64,000 nt of DNA, from assembly GCA_964016885.1 (NCBI GenBank), contig OZ024762.1, positions 1,426,001-1,490,000 on the forward strand, given 5' to 3'. The notes under the pieces are model-generated. The model was not told the DNA's origin. It made no database searches and worked only from the letters and a program-made list of their open reading frames with translations. Position 1 is the first letter of the stretch. Each line of letters begins with the position of its first letter. The DNA is from Eledone cirrhosa (Eukaryota). Made by a program: the position numbers and the translations under genes. Shown here one piece after another: positions 38,760-52,320 of this stretch.

Positions 38760-39197
38760 TTAATTGTAAGTTGTGATGTTGCTGTTCCACTCATATTTTC
38801 TATTTAATTTTGGTTTTAATTCTTTTATGCTTACTGCCTCTGTAATTTGCCTAAACATTGCGTCTTTCTTGTGTGTGGATTCTATTTTTATTTCTATGCT
38901 CTCTAATTTTCCCCTGTGTTCTATCTTAGCATGTTGGTAGAGCACAGATGATTCTTTACTATCTTGGAGGTCTCGCCAGTGTTCATTTATTCGTTCCCCT
39001 ATACTACGAGCTGTCTCACCTATGTACACTATATTTTTGTTTCTACATTGTCCTTCAGTACATCTTATGCTATATACTACATTTCTAGTTTTACAGTTAA
39101 TATGGGGGCTTATTTTACAGGTTATACATTTCTTATCTATACATGAGGGTCTTTGGAACGGGTATGTCTTGCTAATATTAGCATAGTGTTGTATTTT
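38760..39197 (-). mobile_element. Penelope-like element 3' fragment: GIY-YIG endonuclease domain
   Basis: C..KKCITC...NCKTRNVVYSIRC...IVYIGETARSIGERINEH...LYQH...RQITEAVSI...PKLN shows the VVY/YIG, R, E and N residues of PLE endonucleases. Hammerheads lie downstream on the same strand. Confidence 0.88.
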
Positions 39198-39776
39198 GGT
39201 TAGGTCATGCTGCCAATAAAAACACATGTACTGTTTTGTTTTTCACTTCAGTTTTATTATCAACCAAGCAGATAAATATTTAATTAATTGATTGAGTAAA
39301 CTGTTCTTTCGACACAGCCTCTGACATACTGATGATGCTGTGTCTCTCATGCCTTTCCCCATCATTTACTGTTTCATCTTTTTGTTTCTCAAAGCCCAAT
39401 GGTTTATGTATAAATATACTTGTAGTTATTTATATATATTTTAATAGCTTAGAGAAATATGAAATACACTCTATTTTAATTAATTAATGAAGATTTTAAA
39501 GGTATTTAATCAGTAATTTAACATGGTTGTTACATAAAATTATTGTGGAAGATTTATATTTAAATAAGAACCCTTTAAAATGGGTGGTTTTGTTTCATAA
39601 AAGCACTGCTAGTTGGGGTTGTGTTGATATCTCAAGGGTTAAAGGAGAATTTTGAGGGATTTACTAATGTAATGTTCTTATATAAAATTATGTTGGAAGA
39701 TAGTTTTAGGGGCATGTTGATATCGAAAGGGTTCATATTTAAAATTTTACACGCCCTCTAAATTTACGGCCAAAAA

Positions 39777-40172
39777 TCAAGTTCCTTTTTTCATGGGGAG
39801 AGATACTATTTCAGTTCTAGGAATCCAAGCCATTTTCTTGTGGGCTTCTGGGAACATATGTTCCATGTTAATATCCACACATAAGAGAACTCCTTCGTGA
39901 CTGTTGTCAGGGCCCTCTCGGCACATGTCCAAGCAGGTTAGAAATTGAGTAAAAGTTTCTTCAAGAATAGATTGGCTTACCAAGCAGGTATCTCTACATA
40001 CTTCATAGCCTGATGGATAATATTGGTTTGGTTGACAGTCTATTCCAGTCATCATACATGTCATACATTTAGCAAAGCAATTCATTTTACTGTCAATAAA
40101 CCACTGGCAGGACACATGCGACACCAGTGCAGCAAACAGCAAACTGACGATCAAATACCGACAAATGTGCAT
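39777..40172 (-). CDS. Secreted Cys-rich protein A1 (131 aa, unknown family)
   Basis: ATG, hydrophobic signal MHICRYLIVSLLFAALVSHVSC and 9 Cys in the mature part. A pyrimidine-rich acceptor (ctctctttcccttcacag) lies ~30 nt upstream of the ATG. The paralog at 60079 keeps the ORF open. Confidence 0.85.
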   Translation of the reverse strand: MHICRYLIVSLLFAALVSHVSCQWFIDSKMNCFAKCMTCMMTGIDCQPNQYYPSGYEVCRDTCLVSQSILEETFTQFLTCLDMCREGPDNSHEGVLLCVDINMEHMFPEAHKKMAWIPRTEIVSLPMKKGT

Positions 40173-40310
40173 TGTAGTGTTTTTTTTTTATTGATGAAAG
40201 AAATCTGTGAAGGGAAAGAGAGAAGAAACTTCTTATCATTTGACTGATTCTATTGTTAATATAAACTACATATCTATAGTTAACTAATAAACAACATAAG
40301 ACAATTATTC

Positions 40311-40377
40311 CATTTACCAAAGGTTTCACGAAGACAGACAAGCTCGAGACAGACGTCTGAAATCGCTCATCAGAATG
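40311..40377 (-). ncRNA. Type I hammerhead ribozyme upstream of A1
   Basis: CAUU-CUGAUGA-GCGA...UCGU-GAAA-CC(UUU)GG-UA-AAUG. Confidence 0.75.
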
Positions 40378-41238
40378 AAATTTATTTGAAGTGGATAAAA
40401 GATATGGATTTAAAAACAAAAGCTAATACATTTTATTCCGTAATCTGCTGTAATACATAATACATATTTCTGTGGCATTAATAATTGTTTCTACTTTTGG
40501 CACAAGGCCAGCAATTAATCCAGTGTATTACTGGTACTTTATTTTATCAACCCCGTAAGGATGAAAGGCAAAGTTAACATTGGTGTGATTTGAACTCAGA
40601 ACATAAAGGACCATAACTCTATGCTGCAAAGCAGGGTGTCTGACACTCTACTGATTCTGCCAATCCACATAAATAATTGTTTCTACTTTAGGCACAAGGC
40701 CAGCAATTATCCCAGTGTATTACTGGTACTTTATTTTAGCGACCTCGAAAGGCAAAGTTAACCTCGGTGGGATTTGAAGTCCACATAAATAATTGTTTCT
40801 ACTTTAGGCACAAGGCCAGCAATTACCCAGTGCATTACTGGTACTTTATTTCATCGACCCCGTAAGGATGAAAGGCAAAGTCAACCTCGGCGGGATTTGA
40901 ACTCAGATTGTAAAGGGCTGTAACTATGCTGGAAAGCCTGGCGTCCGACCCTCTACTGATACTGCCAATCCACCGCCCACATAAATAATGATGCTAAGCA
41001 ATCATCACACAGTAACCAACACAACTTCTTTGGACAACATTTTAGGTAATAAAGTTGTTATATAATATATTTCTAATGAAGTACAGACTATTTGTGAAGG
41101 GATGGGCTTATATTCAATATAGCTCTCACAAGAGGCCCTTTAGTGTATATTGCAGGCTTGTGTGTTCGTGAATCGAGAGTTTTATGTGCGGAAATATTGT
41201 TCATGAGGGGCGCTTCTGAACTAAGGTCTGACTGTACT

Positions 41239-41641
41239 AGTGGTGGTGGTGGTGGTAGTGGTGGCTGTGGTGGTAGTGGTGGTGTAGTGGTGGTGCTGGT
41301 GGTGGTAGTGGTGGGGTAGTTGTGGTGGTGGTGGTGCTGGTGCTGGTAATGGTGGTGGTGGTAGTGTAGTGGTGGTGGTGGTGGTAGTGGTGGCGGTGTT
41401 GGTGGTGGTGGTGTAGTGGTGGGGGGTAGTTGTGGTGGTGGTGGTGCTGGTGGTGGTAATGGTGGTGGTGGTGGTGTAGTGGTGGTGGTGGTGGTGGTGG
41501 TAGCGGTAGTGGTGGTGGTGGTGGCGGTCGTGGGGGTAGTGGTGTGTGTGTGTGTGGGGGTGGGTGGTGGTAGTTGTGTTTTAAGTGATGGTGGTGGTGG
41601 TGTTGATGGTAGTGATGGTGATGTTAGTGGTGGTAGTATTG

Positions 41642-41681
<40 letters not shown>

Positions 41682-41737
41682 CAGCCGCAGCAGTAGTGGT
41701 AGTAGTAGTAGTAGTAGCAGCAGTAGTAGTAGTAGTA
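41239..41737. repeat. (GGT/AGT)n trinucleotide tract
   Basis: Direct reading; paralogous tract at 61970-62593. Confidence 0.9.
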
Positions 41738-41942
41738 CCAAGTAATTGACACCAAAATATTCAAGAAATAATTGACGAGAGGAAAGTTTTCAAGATTCCA
41801 TTCTTAACATTTATTGATCAGAAAATTAATATTTTTGAAATAAAATAAAAAGAGAAATTAAAACACGTACACCATAAACATACACACCCATGTACTCACA
41901 CACACACACTCAAATACCTTGATAATACAACAGTATTATATA

Positions 41943-41993
<51 letters not shown>

Positions 41994-42172
41994 GTATAGG
42001 ATTACCCAAGATGTAGTAATGGTTAATTACTACACTGGATATGGTTGACGTACGGTGAGAGGTTACTCTACGAGTTATGGAAGAATTGTTGAAGAAACTT
42101 AGTTCCTGATCCTTCTGTATTCCGGAGTGTATATAAAGAATGATTTATGATGTCTACCTGTTATTATTCATT

Positions 42173-42214
<42 letters not shown>

Positions 42215-42853
42215 TATATATATATATTATATATATATAGTATATATATATACTCTTTTACTCTTTTACCTGTTTCAGCCATCCGGCTGAGGCCATGCTG
42301 GGGCACCGCCCTTGGTATATAGTATATATATATATATATATACAATATTAATAAATGGAAACTATATTTATAAAACCATATTTATTTCATTATACATATT
42401 TCAGGGATACCAAATTAAATCATGGTATGCCTTCATCAGACAAAATACAATATATAACAGTTTTACAAATAAGCTTTGACGTACCCTTTTAAAATGCAAC
42501 CATTATTTTTGGAAGCCATCTGGATAGTGAATTGTTTATATTATTTTAATAAGTCTTAGTGTTAAGGACAATTAGAAAAAGATGGAGAGAAAGAAAAAAG
42601 ACGGAGATAGAGAAAAAAGAAAAAGAAAAAACGTGGAGAAATATCGGAGAGAGAGCATTGTATTTTGTCTGATGAAGGCATACCATGATTTAATTTGGTA
42701 TCCCTGAAATATGTATAATGAAATAAATATGGTTTTATAAATATAGTTTCCATTTATTAATATCGTATACCTACTCCAAATACTTGTCGAGTGCTTTATA
42801 TCAGTTATAAAAATATTTACTTGTTGTATCCCAACAATTTTAAATAGAACTTT

Positions 42854-42904
<51 letters not shown>

Positions 42905-43204
42905 TTATTTAAAATAACAGATTAAAGTTTAAGCAAAGAATTGCAGCGATTCTTTGCTTAAACTTTAATCTGTTATTTTAATAAATATTTGCTCTACGGT
43001 TCTTATATATTTGATATATATTTTTCCTTATCGAGCGCTCTTTGGAATTTAGTCTCCAAATTTATTATTATTACTATATATATATATAGTGTATATAGTA
43101 TTTATATTTACAGTTTGACTTAAGTCTGCATTTCCAGTGGTTTCCAGATGTAAACATGGCCATGTTATGTTATGTGTGTGTACAAGGATCAATGTCTTTT
43201 TTTT

Positions 43205-43573
43205 TTACATTTTACAGTCGACATCAAAGAATGTTTGGTAAGTGTCTGGTCGTCTTTTTCGAAAGTAATTAGATCGACATTTAAGAAATGTGGCGGGTTT
43301 TACAATGGCGCTACGACATACTGCCAAGCCATAGATGACAATATTTGGATTTCCTTCAGGAAGATCTTTCACAGTGATATTACACTCGGCACAGCAAGCA
43401 ATTGTACCATTTGTGGCAGGAACACCTCTTGTGCAGTCGTAGCCAAAGAGCAGACACATCAGGCAGCTACTAACACAGTTAACACGTGAATCAAGGAAGC
43501 ATTGGGGGTATCTCCTCCCCACGGAGACTGCAGTTATTGCTAGCAGAATAGCAAGTAGCACTTTCACTGCCAT
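43205..43573 (-). CDS. Secreted Cys-rich protein B1 (122 aa from the ATG at 43573)
   Basis: Signal MAVKVLLAILLAITAVS, 11 Cys and an NGT sequon. An acceptor (tcattgcag) lies 9 nt upstream of the ATG. Paralog at 63496. Confidence 0.85.
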   Translation of the reverse strand: MAVKVLLAILLAITAVSVGRRYPQCFLDSRVNCVSSCLMCLLFGYDCTRGVPATNGTIACCAECNITVKDLPEGNPNIVIYGLAVCRSAIVKPATFLKCRSNYFRKRRPDTYQTFFDVDCKM

Positions 43574-44030
43574 CGTGTGCAACTGCAATGACAAATAAAA
43601 TAGATAAATAGTAAATAAAGTAGAAGATTATTGTTGTCACTGTTCTTATTTAGCCCTAGGTCAGCTGTGGTCAAACTGACCTATAATCAAAGGCAATCTA
43701 ACCACGACCATCCCATCTTTACAGATATTGTGTTTATCTTCAGAAATGTCAAACTGTTTGGTAGAAATTATCCAATATGTTTTTCCAATTCTTCAAGATG
43801 GCAGAATGTGACTTGAGGTAATTTTAGACAGCTATTTCTAGCATGCCAAGTGAAAAGCTACAGGTGCATGTGTTTTTATTGGCAACATGACCCTCCCAAA
43901 ATATGACAGTGAAAGAGTGAAGAATAACATGGTCAACAGTTGAGTCAAAGAACGCCGAACGCTAAAACTATCAACAATACACAGTATTTACCTCTAACTG
44001 GATTACCTATAACGATAATTTGTGATCCCT

Positions 44031-44063
<33 letters not shown>

Positions 44064-44230
44064 ATGTATATATATATATATCAAATGTATATATTGAGTT
44101 AGAAACTCAAAATAGTCTCCTACAATTAAATAGTTCAAAGAAAGAGGTTTTTCTGATTTATTGTTTTAAATTGAGTCCGGCAAACCCTAACATATATGTA
44201 TATATCTGTGTTTATCTTTCTTTTATATTC

Positions 44231-44273
<43 letters not shown>

Positions 44274-45879
44274 CAAAAGTTCTATTTAAATTGTTGGGAT
44301 ACAACAAGCAAATATTTTTATAACTGATATAAAGCACTCGACAAGTTTTTGGAGTAAATATACGATATTAACAAATGGAAACTATATTTATAAAACCATA
44401 TTTATTTCATTATACATATTTCAAGGATACCATGTTAAATTATGGTATGCCTTCATCAGACAAAATACAATATATACCAGTTTTATAAATAAACATTGAC
44501 GTACCCTTTCAAAATGCAAAATGCAACCGTTACTTTTGGAAGACATCAGGATATATCCTGATGTCTTCCAAAAGTAACGGTTGCATAAATATGGTTTTAT
44601 AAATATAGTTTCCATTTGTTAATATGGTATATATATATATATATTGTTATACTTTGGGAGGGTCATGTTGCCAATAAGAAACACACGCACCAGTTGCTTT
44701 CACTAGTGAAAGCAACTGGTGCGTGTGTTTCTTATTGGTTTCAACACACGATTTCAGATAAAGAATCTTGCTAAACAAATTCAGAAACGAAATATATATA
44801 TATATATATATATGCGAATATTTTTCATTTAACATTTTGAATAAAATAATATATATAAACGGAAAAAATTAAACGAAATTTCATTTCTCACTCTTATACC
44901 AGAGTTATCTACCTTGATTTGTGTGCACTTGGGGCAAGTTACATAACTCTGCATCTTACAATACGTTCGATTTTATATTGAGAAAAACCAAAAGAAAACT
45001 ATTTCTAAATCAGGCTCCATTCGTTCTAAAGTTGAGCGAAATTGTTGATTATTTTCAAAATCAATTCTCTGTAAAGTTATGTTGGTGCCACAACATCCAG
45101 TCCTTTGGCACAAGGCCAGCAATTATCCCAGTGTATTACTGGTGCTTTATTTTATCAACCCTGTAAAGATGAAAGGCAAAGTTAACCTCAGCGGGATTTG
45201 AACTCAGACCATAAAGGGACGTAACTCTACCAATACTGCCAATCCACCACCCTTATTATACATTATATAATAATTGTTTCTACTTTCGACGCAAGGTCAG
45301 TAATTCCTTCAGTACATTACTGGTACTTTATTTTATCGACCTCGTAAGGATGAGAGGCTAAGTTAACCTCGGCGGGACTTGAACTCAGACTGTAAAGAAC
45401 CGTAACTACACGGGAAAGCATGTCTGACGCTCTACCAATTCTGCCTATAAGACCTACTTTAACTAAAATTTATATAAAAAAAATTAAAATGTACTTACCA
45501 AAAGAAGATTATTAATAATGATAATATTAATAATAATTTCTTATTCATGCACAAGGCCAAACATTTTTGTGGAGAGGGGAAAGTCGAATAAATCGACCCC
45601 AGTGCGTGACTGGTACTTTTGTTTATCAACTTTAAATGGATTACAGACAAAGTTGACCGCTGTTAGGGAATAAACCAACTTTGAAAGAAAATATATGAAA
45701 TAAATAATTCTACGTACTTACCAAAAGGAAATTATTAATAATAATAATTACAGTTCTATGAAGAGAATTGGTGGGAATTAGAAATGTCTTTGTTGTCCTC
45801 GTGTTGGAGACTGTGTCGTCTGTTTCTACTTCTTCTGTTAGAGACTTCAATCTGGCTCACAACACTGTTGACGATGTAT

Positions 45880-45947
45880 TTATACATACAGGCCTATATA
45901 TACACACTCATGTGTGTATATATATACACATATATATATATATATGC

Positions 45948-46041
<94 letters not shown>

Positions 46042-46340
46042 GTGTGTATATATATATATATATGTGTATATATACATGTGTGTATATATATGTGTGTGTA
46101 TATATGTGTGTATATATACATGTTTGTATATAGTGTATATATATATGTGTGTATATGTGTGTGTATATATATATATATATATATGTGTATATATATGTGT
46201 GTATATAGTGTGTATATATATATGTGTGTGTATTTAAGTATACATATATATATGTGTATATATATGTGTGTATATAGTGTGTATATATATATGTGTGTAT
46301 TTAAGTATACATATATATATATATGTGTATATATATATGT
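45880..46340. repeat. (TA)/(TG) compound microsatellite
   Basis: Direct reading. Confidence 0.9.
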
Positions 46341-46519
46341 CTTCGTAAATAACTTCATCCAAGTGTCTTATCCTTTTAGGTTTTCTCGCGAAAACAGACG
46401 TGAAAGATTTTAGACAAAAGGATGGTGTCATTTCCTGCTGTTGCTGTTGGTGTGGAGGGGGGGGGGTGTAGTGTAGGGGTCAATCATTTCTAGCAGCCTC
46501 AACCAAGTGCAGAGAATGA

Positions 46520-46860
46520 ACACCACCACACCACCACCACTACCCCAAACACCACCACCACCACCACCATACCACCACCACCACCTCTGCCATACCACCA
46601 CTACACCACCACCACCACCACTACACCACCACCACCACCACCACCACCACTACACCACCACCACCACTACCACCACCACCACCACCACCACACCACCACC
46701 ACCACCACCACCATACCACCACCACCACCATACCACCACCACCACCTCTGCCATACCACCACTACACCACCACCACCACCACCACCACCACCTCTGCCAT
46801 ACCACCACTACACCACCACCACCACCACCACCACCACCACCACCACCACCACCACCACCA
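46520..46860. repeat. (CAC)n trinucleotide tract
   Basis: Direct reading. Confidence 0.9.
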
Positions 46861-47082
46861 TCATGTCAACTCAGAACATTAAAATCCTAACTAGATACTA
46901 CAAAACCTTGTCCAACACCCTGATAATAATAGCAGTAATAATAATAATTTTCTACTTTTGGCACAAGGCCAGCAATTATCCCAGTGTATTACTGGTACTT
47001 TATTTTATTGACCCCATAAGGATGAAAGGCAAAGTTAACGTTGGCGGGATTTGAACTCAGTTCGGACGGTTGTTCATATATT

Positions 47083-47125
47083 GTCAAAGTTCTTTCATCA
47101 CACATTCTGTGACCTCATCAGTGAC
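47083..47125 (-). ncRNA. Minimal hammerhead motif, same family as 38426-38470
   Basis: GUCA-CUGAUGA-g-GUCAC(AGAAUGU)GUGAU-GAAA-G(AA)C-UU-UGAC. Confidence 0.65.
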
Positions 47126-47193
47126 TGGGGATTCTTTTCTTTGTTTTTGTGCCTCTCCTTTGTTCTGTCCTACGCAGATTCATCAGAAACGAA

Positions 47194-47240
<47 letters not shown>

Positions 47241-47279
47241 AAATTTGAAGACTAAAATCCAAAGAGGGGTCGATAAGAA

Positions 47280-47764
<485 letters not shown>

Positions 47765-48003
47765 GTTAAGATGTCAGATAGAATACCTTACAGTATTCAT
47801 CCCACCTCTTTGCGTGCCCTGTCTTCAACTTTGCCTTTCATCCTTTCGAGGTCGATAAAAAAGTACCAGTCTATAGAAAAAAATCGGCTGTGTTCAGACC
47901 TGGAGAGGGTTGGGCTCCGCCGAGTTTAAAACTGCCCTAGACACACCGTATGACGGGGCCTCTGTCACTTCACAAGGAGTTATGGGATCTTTATCATATC
48001 CTT

Positions 48004-48135
<132 letters not shown>

Positions 48136-48899
48136 ATATATATATATATATTAGTAAAAAGGAAAAGAAAATGCTGACAAATTTTTCCCAGTGAAAAATA
48201 GTTTAATTTGGAATAAGTATAAATTAGTAATAAGTATTAGTTAGTATTCAGTTTTAGTTTTAAGTTTTTACCGGTTGCGCATTTCTTGTGCTTTTCAAAA
48301 ATAATTTTGAGATAGAGAGCTCGTGATTTTTGCTCTAATATATATACATACTCAATTTTGCTCAATTAGGTAGAATGCTCGTGTATATATATATATATAC
48401 ACACACATAATGTTGCTCAATTTGCATACACATTTTTGTGTATATTTTTTGTTAAACCCATGTCGTTCTCTCATTTAAAGTTTTGTGAGCTTTGTTATAA
48501 ACCCCATATTTTAAACTGTTTGCTCACTTGACCTGTTGTCTCAATTTTAGTGACGTGACCCCTATCCTAAGCCTGTAAAATCTGTCCAGTAATTCTTTCC
48601 TGAGACATTGTAACCACCTATTCATAGTGATCCCTCAATTCGGAGATGTAGTGGCTCCACCTGGTGTGATCTCTGAATTAGGCACTCTCTCAAGTAATGT
48701 TACTCCAAAGATCCTTCATAGGAACCCTATTTCAGCCACTTGTATTTCTGATTGTTTACTTTCAGTCATTACCCAAAATTCATGACCAAAAGTAAGAGAT
48801 GGTACAAACACCAAATTGAAGATATTGAGTTTGGTTTGGGCTTTTACAGTTAACTCCCCTTTTTCTAATGACTGAGGGCTGAAGCTGGGTCATTGCTGC

Positions 48900-51800
48900 A
48901 CCAGATCCTGCTAAAAGATATCTCAAATATAAATTCAAAAAAGCTCTACATGATGCATATGATGGAAGGGTGGAGGGGATAGGCACGTATGACATAGCAA
49001 ACAATTGGAAGTTTCTATGAGACAACCTACTAGAGGCTACTGAAAAGAAGTGTGACTGGAGCAAGGTACCAGCTAGACGAAGGCAACCTGGAGTGAGAAC
49101 TGTAGGCAGAACCATTAAAGTTAAGGCATGGAAAGACTGAGAAAATAGGGACAAAAAAAGTCTGTCTGAATTCTTACCAGGCTGGGGCTTATTCTGGCTT
49201 CTATGGTGTTAAGCTACTGAGAGTACAAGACTCACCCCTGAACAAAACACCAGTCCATTGCAGGGTTAAAACCCCAGCTATTGCTGGTATTCATTTTCAG
49301 CTGAGTATACTGGAGCAATGTGAAATGAAGTATTTTGCTCAAGAACACAACACACAACCCAGTCCAGGAATGAAACCCAGAACATTATGATCGAAGTCCA
49401 ACACCCTTACCACTAGGATACATGCCTCAGCTTAGTATTGTTCTCTACAATACCAAGTAGCTAAAAAAGAAGCTAAATGACAGGTTTATACAGCATGTAG
49501 AGAAGCTGAAAGCAGGAGGTTTGTGAACATTATGCGACATGAGGACCATAGGTGTGAGGTGTTCTACATAGCAAAGCAGTGTGCCGGTGTGACCAGGATA
49601 TTGTAGGTGGGTTGGGAGAAAAGTATGTTTGAAATGACTCTGGTGTCTCACTGATAGTTAGAGAATATGTAAAAAGGAGAGAGACTATCTCCAGTTAAAT
49701 TGAGAGGGACCAATGGTTGAAGCTGACAGTTATTGGGTCAAAGAAGCAATTAGGGAAATGTCAAAGATAGTCACTGAGATCCTGAAATTATCTGGGGATG
49801 TAGTCAAACTAGTCAAAACCCATCATCAGGTACTACATAATGAGGGTCATATCTAATGACTGGTGTAGCTGTATAGTACATAAACTGGTGTAGCAGTATA
49901 ATTATTAATTGTTAGAATGGAGTAACTGCAGAGGCATAATACTGATGAACCAAATGATGAAAGAGGTATGTAAAGAGTGAAATTAGACACGATACAGTTT
50001 GGTTTTGTGCACTATAGAAACCCTCTTCTTGGTGAGACAATTACACGAAAAGTTCCTAAGTGTAATCTAGCTTTTGTTGATTTAGAGAAAGCCTTTGACA
50101 GAGTACCACGATCTGTTATCTAGTGGTCCTTAAGGAAACTAGGTGTAGATGAGTGGCTTGTGAGAGCAGTGCAAGCCATGAACAGAGGAGCTGTCAGTTA
50201 AGTGAAACTTAGTTTAGAGAGGAATTCTATGTACAAGTAGGTATTCATCAAAGCTCAGTCCACAGCCCACTCCTGTTTATTATAGTTCTTCAGGCCATAA
50301 CAGAGGAGTTGAATACAGGCTGTCCATGGGAACCTCTGTATGCTGATGACCTGGTCCTTATTACTGCATCTGTGGAAGAGCAGTAATTTAGGGTCAAAAG
50401 AACTCAGAGTAAACTAAGCAAAGACCAAAGTTTACTAAGTAGGAAAGAAGACAGGATTCTGGTCCCATCAGGGAAGTGGCCTTGCCCAATATTTAGAAAA
50501 GGTTTAGGTAGAAACTTCATATAATGTACACAATGTAAAACATGGGTAAACAAAGGATGTACAAGGGATAAAAAGGGATGTAGTGGGAATAGCAGGCAAC
50601 TTGGATGTTTTCTTCATTCCATATTCAAGTTTGTTTGCTGTAAGAGTACATTGGTGTTGTGGTTGTTGTTGTTGTTGGTGGTGGTGTTATTAGTGATGTT
50701 GGTGGTGGTGTTGGTGATGTAAAACAAGGGTAAACAAGGGATGTACAAGGATTGTGGACTGACTAACAGAAAAGGTAGACTTAGTATGTAAGAAATGCAC
50801 ATGCAATTAGTAATAAGAACCTTAGTATTATAAAGGTTTTATGATCGTTGGAAGATCTTTGCTCAGGAAGTTTAGTAGCTAGAAGAACAGGCTGGAAAAA
50901 GTTAAGAGAACAACTGCCTCGTTTGAGAACAAAAGGTTTCTCATAGATGACATCAAGCTGTACCTTGAGATAAAAAGGACAGATCCTGAACACTATAGAT
51001 CTTGTTTGCAGTCTGACCTGGACACAATGCAACAATGGATCACAGACTGGCAACTCAAGCTAGCTGTGGACAAGTGCACCACCATGAATTTTGGGAGTAA
51101 AAACCCAGCGTCCACATACTCCCTCCACAGTACTAATATCAAGAAGTCTTCTTGTGAACGTGACCTGGGTATTACGGTCAGCAGCGATTTGCGTTGGACG
51201 AAGCACGTCTCTAAAATTGTCAAGAGGGCCGAGGGTGTCTTAACATCACTCAGCAAGACCTTTGTCAGCCGCTCTCCAGCTATCTATTTAAAGCTGTACA
51301 TGGCTATGGTGTGGCCCCACTTAGAATTTGCATCACCAGTCTGGAACCCCTAACTAGCTCAGAACATTGACCGCCTGGAAACTGTTCAGAGACGTGCAAC
51401 CAAGCGAATACCCTCCATCAGGCATCTACCATACTCTGAACACCTTACTTCCCTGGGCATGGATACATTGAAGCTCCGAGGCTTGGCAACTGACTTGGTA
51501 AACACCCACAAAATTGTTAACCATCTTGCCAACAACAACCCTGAGTACCTTTTTGATTTCCATGTGTCTAACACATGTAGGCATGCCCACAAAGTCAGAA
51601 AACAGCACAGTTCTAATGACTTTCTGAAAAATTTTTTTATGCTCAGAGTTGCTGAAGCATGGAACAAACTACCTGCATCAGTTGTTAGCTGTCGAGACAC
51701 TGCATCCTTTAAAACCTCCATGCTTCCCGAGATTCGCCAACACTACACCTAATGTTCCCCCTCCATACACATATACACATGTATATCATGACTCATACAC

Positions 51801-52320
51801 TATTCACTTCCCTGACATTTGTATATTATTCTATGTACTATACATACACCTTTGACGAGTTGTAGTGCACCTGAGCACTTTACACAATAATTTCATTATT
51901 ATTATTATATAAATGAAAAACCAGTTGTATGATGTCTGCATGTGAAGTGTGCTGTTTCATGGAAATGAAACCTGAGCAGTAAATGCAGAGGATGGAGAGA
52001 AATGAAGCAAATAAGCTTCAATGGATGTGTGATGTTAATGTGTAGGAACAACAAAGCTTGGATGAGCTGAGAGAACAACTGAGTAAAAGGCAGATCAGAT
52101 GTAGTGTACAAGGGGGAAGACATGCACTGGTGTGGACATGTGATGTGTATGGTTGGTGGTTGCTGGGTGAAGAAGTGCTAAGAAATTTCAGTGGAAGGAA
52201 GCTAGAGGAAGATGTGAGCAGAAGTGGCGAGAGCAGATCTCAGAATGGTGAACCTGACAAAAGCGATGACAAAGGAACACAGACATGTTTATAGTACCAG
52301 TGATATACAACCAGCCTAAC
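48900..52320 (+). mobile_element. Old RTE-clade LINE remnant, interrupted by a SINE and a CR1 copy
   Basis: Degenerate RT motifs near 50070-50360 (LAFVDLEKAFDRVPR, a GIHQSSV.SPLLF segment, LYADDLV). The 3' part resumes after ~51920. Confidence 0.8.
50970..51908 (+). mobile_element. 5'-truncated CR1-clade LINE with an (ATT)n tail
   Basis: LQSDLDTMQQWITDWQLKL...ERDLGITV...PHLEFASPVWNP...LETVQRRATKRI...FFMLRVAEAWNKLP. Confidence 0.88.

Larger units (their letters stand above)
39197..43707. repeat. Segmental duplication unit 1 (paralogous to 59487-64000)
   Basis: Collinear, near-identical non-coding blocks at an offset of ~20.3 kb. The match extends to the window end in unit 2. Confidence 0.92.

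Noticed and set aside
39295-39356. Hammerhead-like stem II plus GAAA (also at ~59590)
   Set aside because: The CUGANGA core is corrupted and no stem I is evident.
41088-41745. Pro/Thr/Leu-rich and Gly/Val/Ser-rich ORFs (also 46507-46890 and 61962-62620)
   Set aside because: Trinucleotide repeat tracts; the paralogous tracts differ freely in length and frame.
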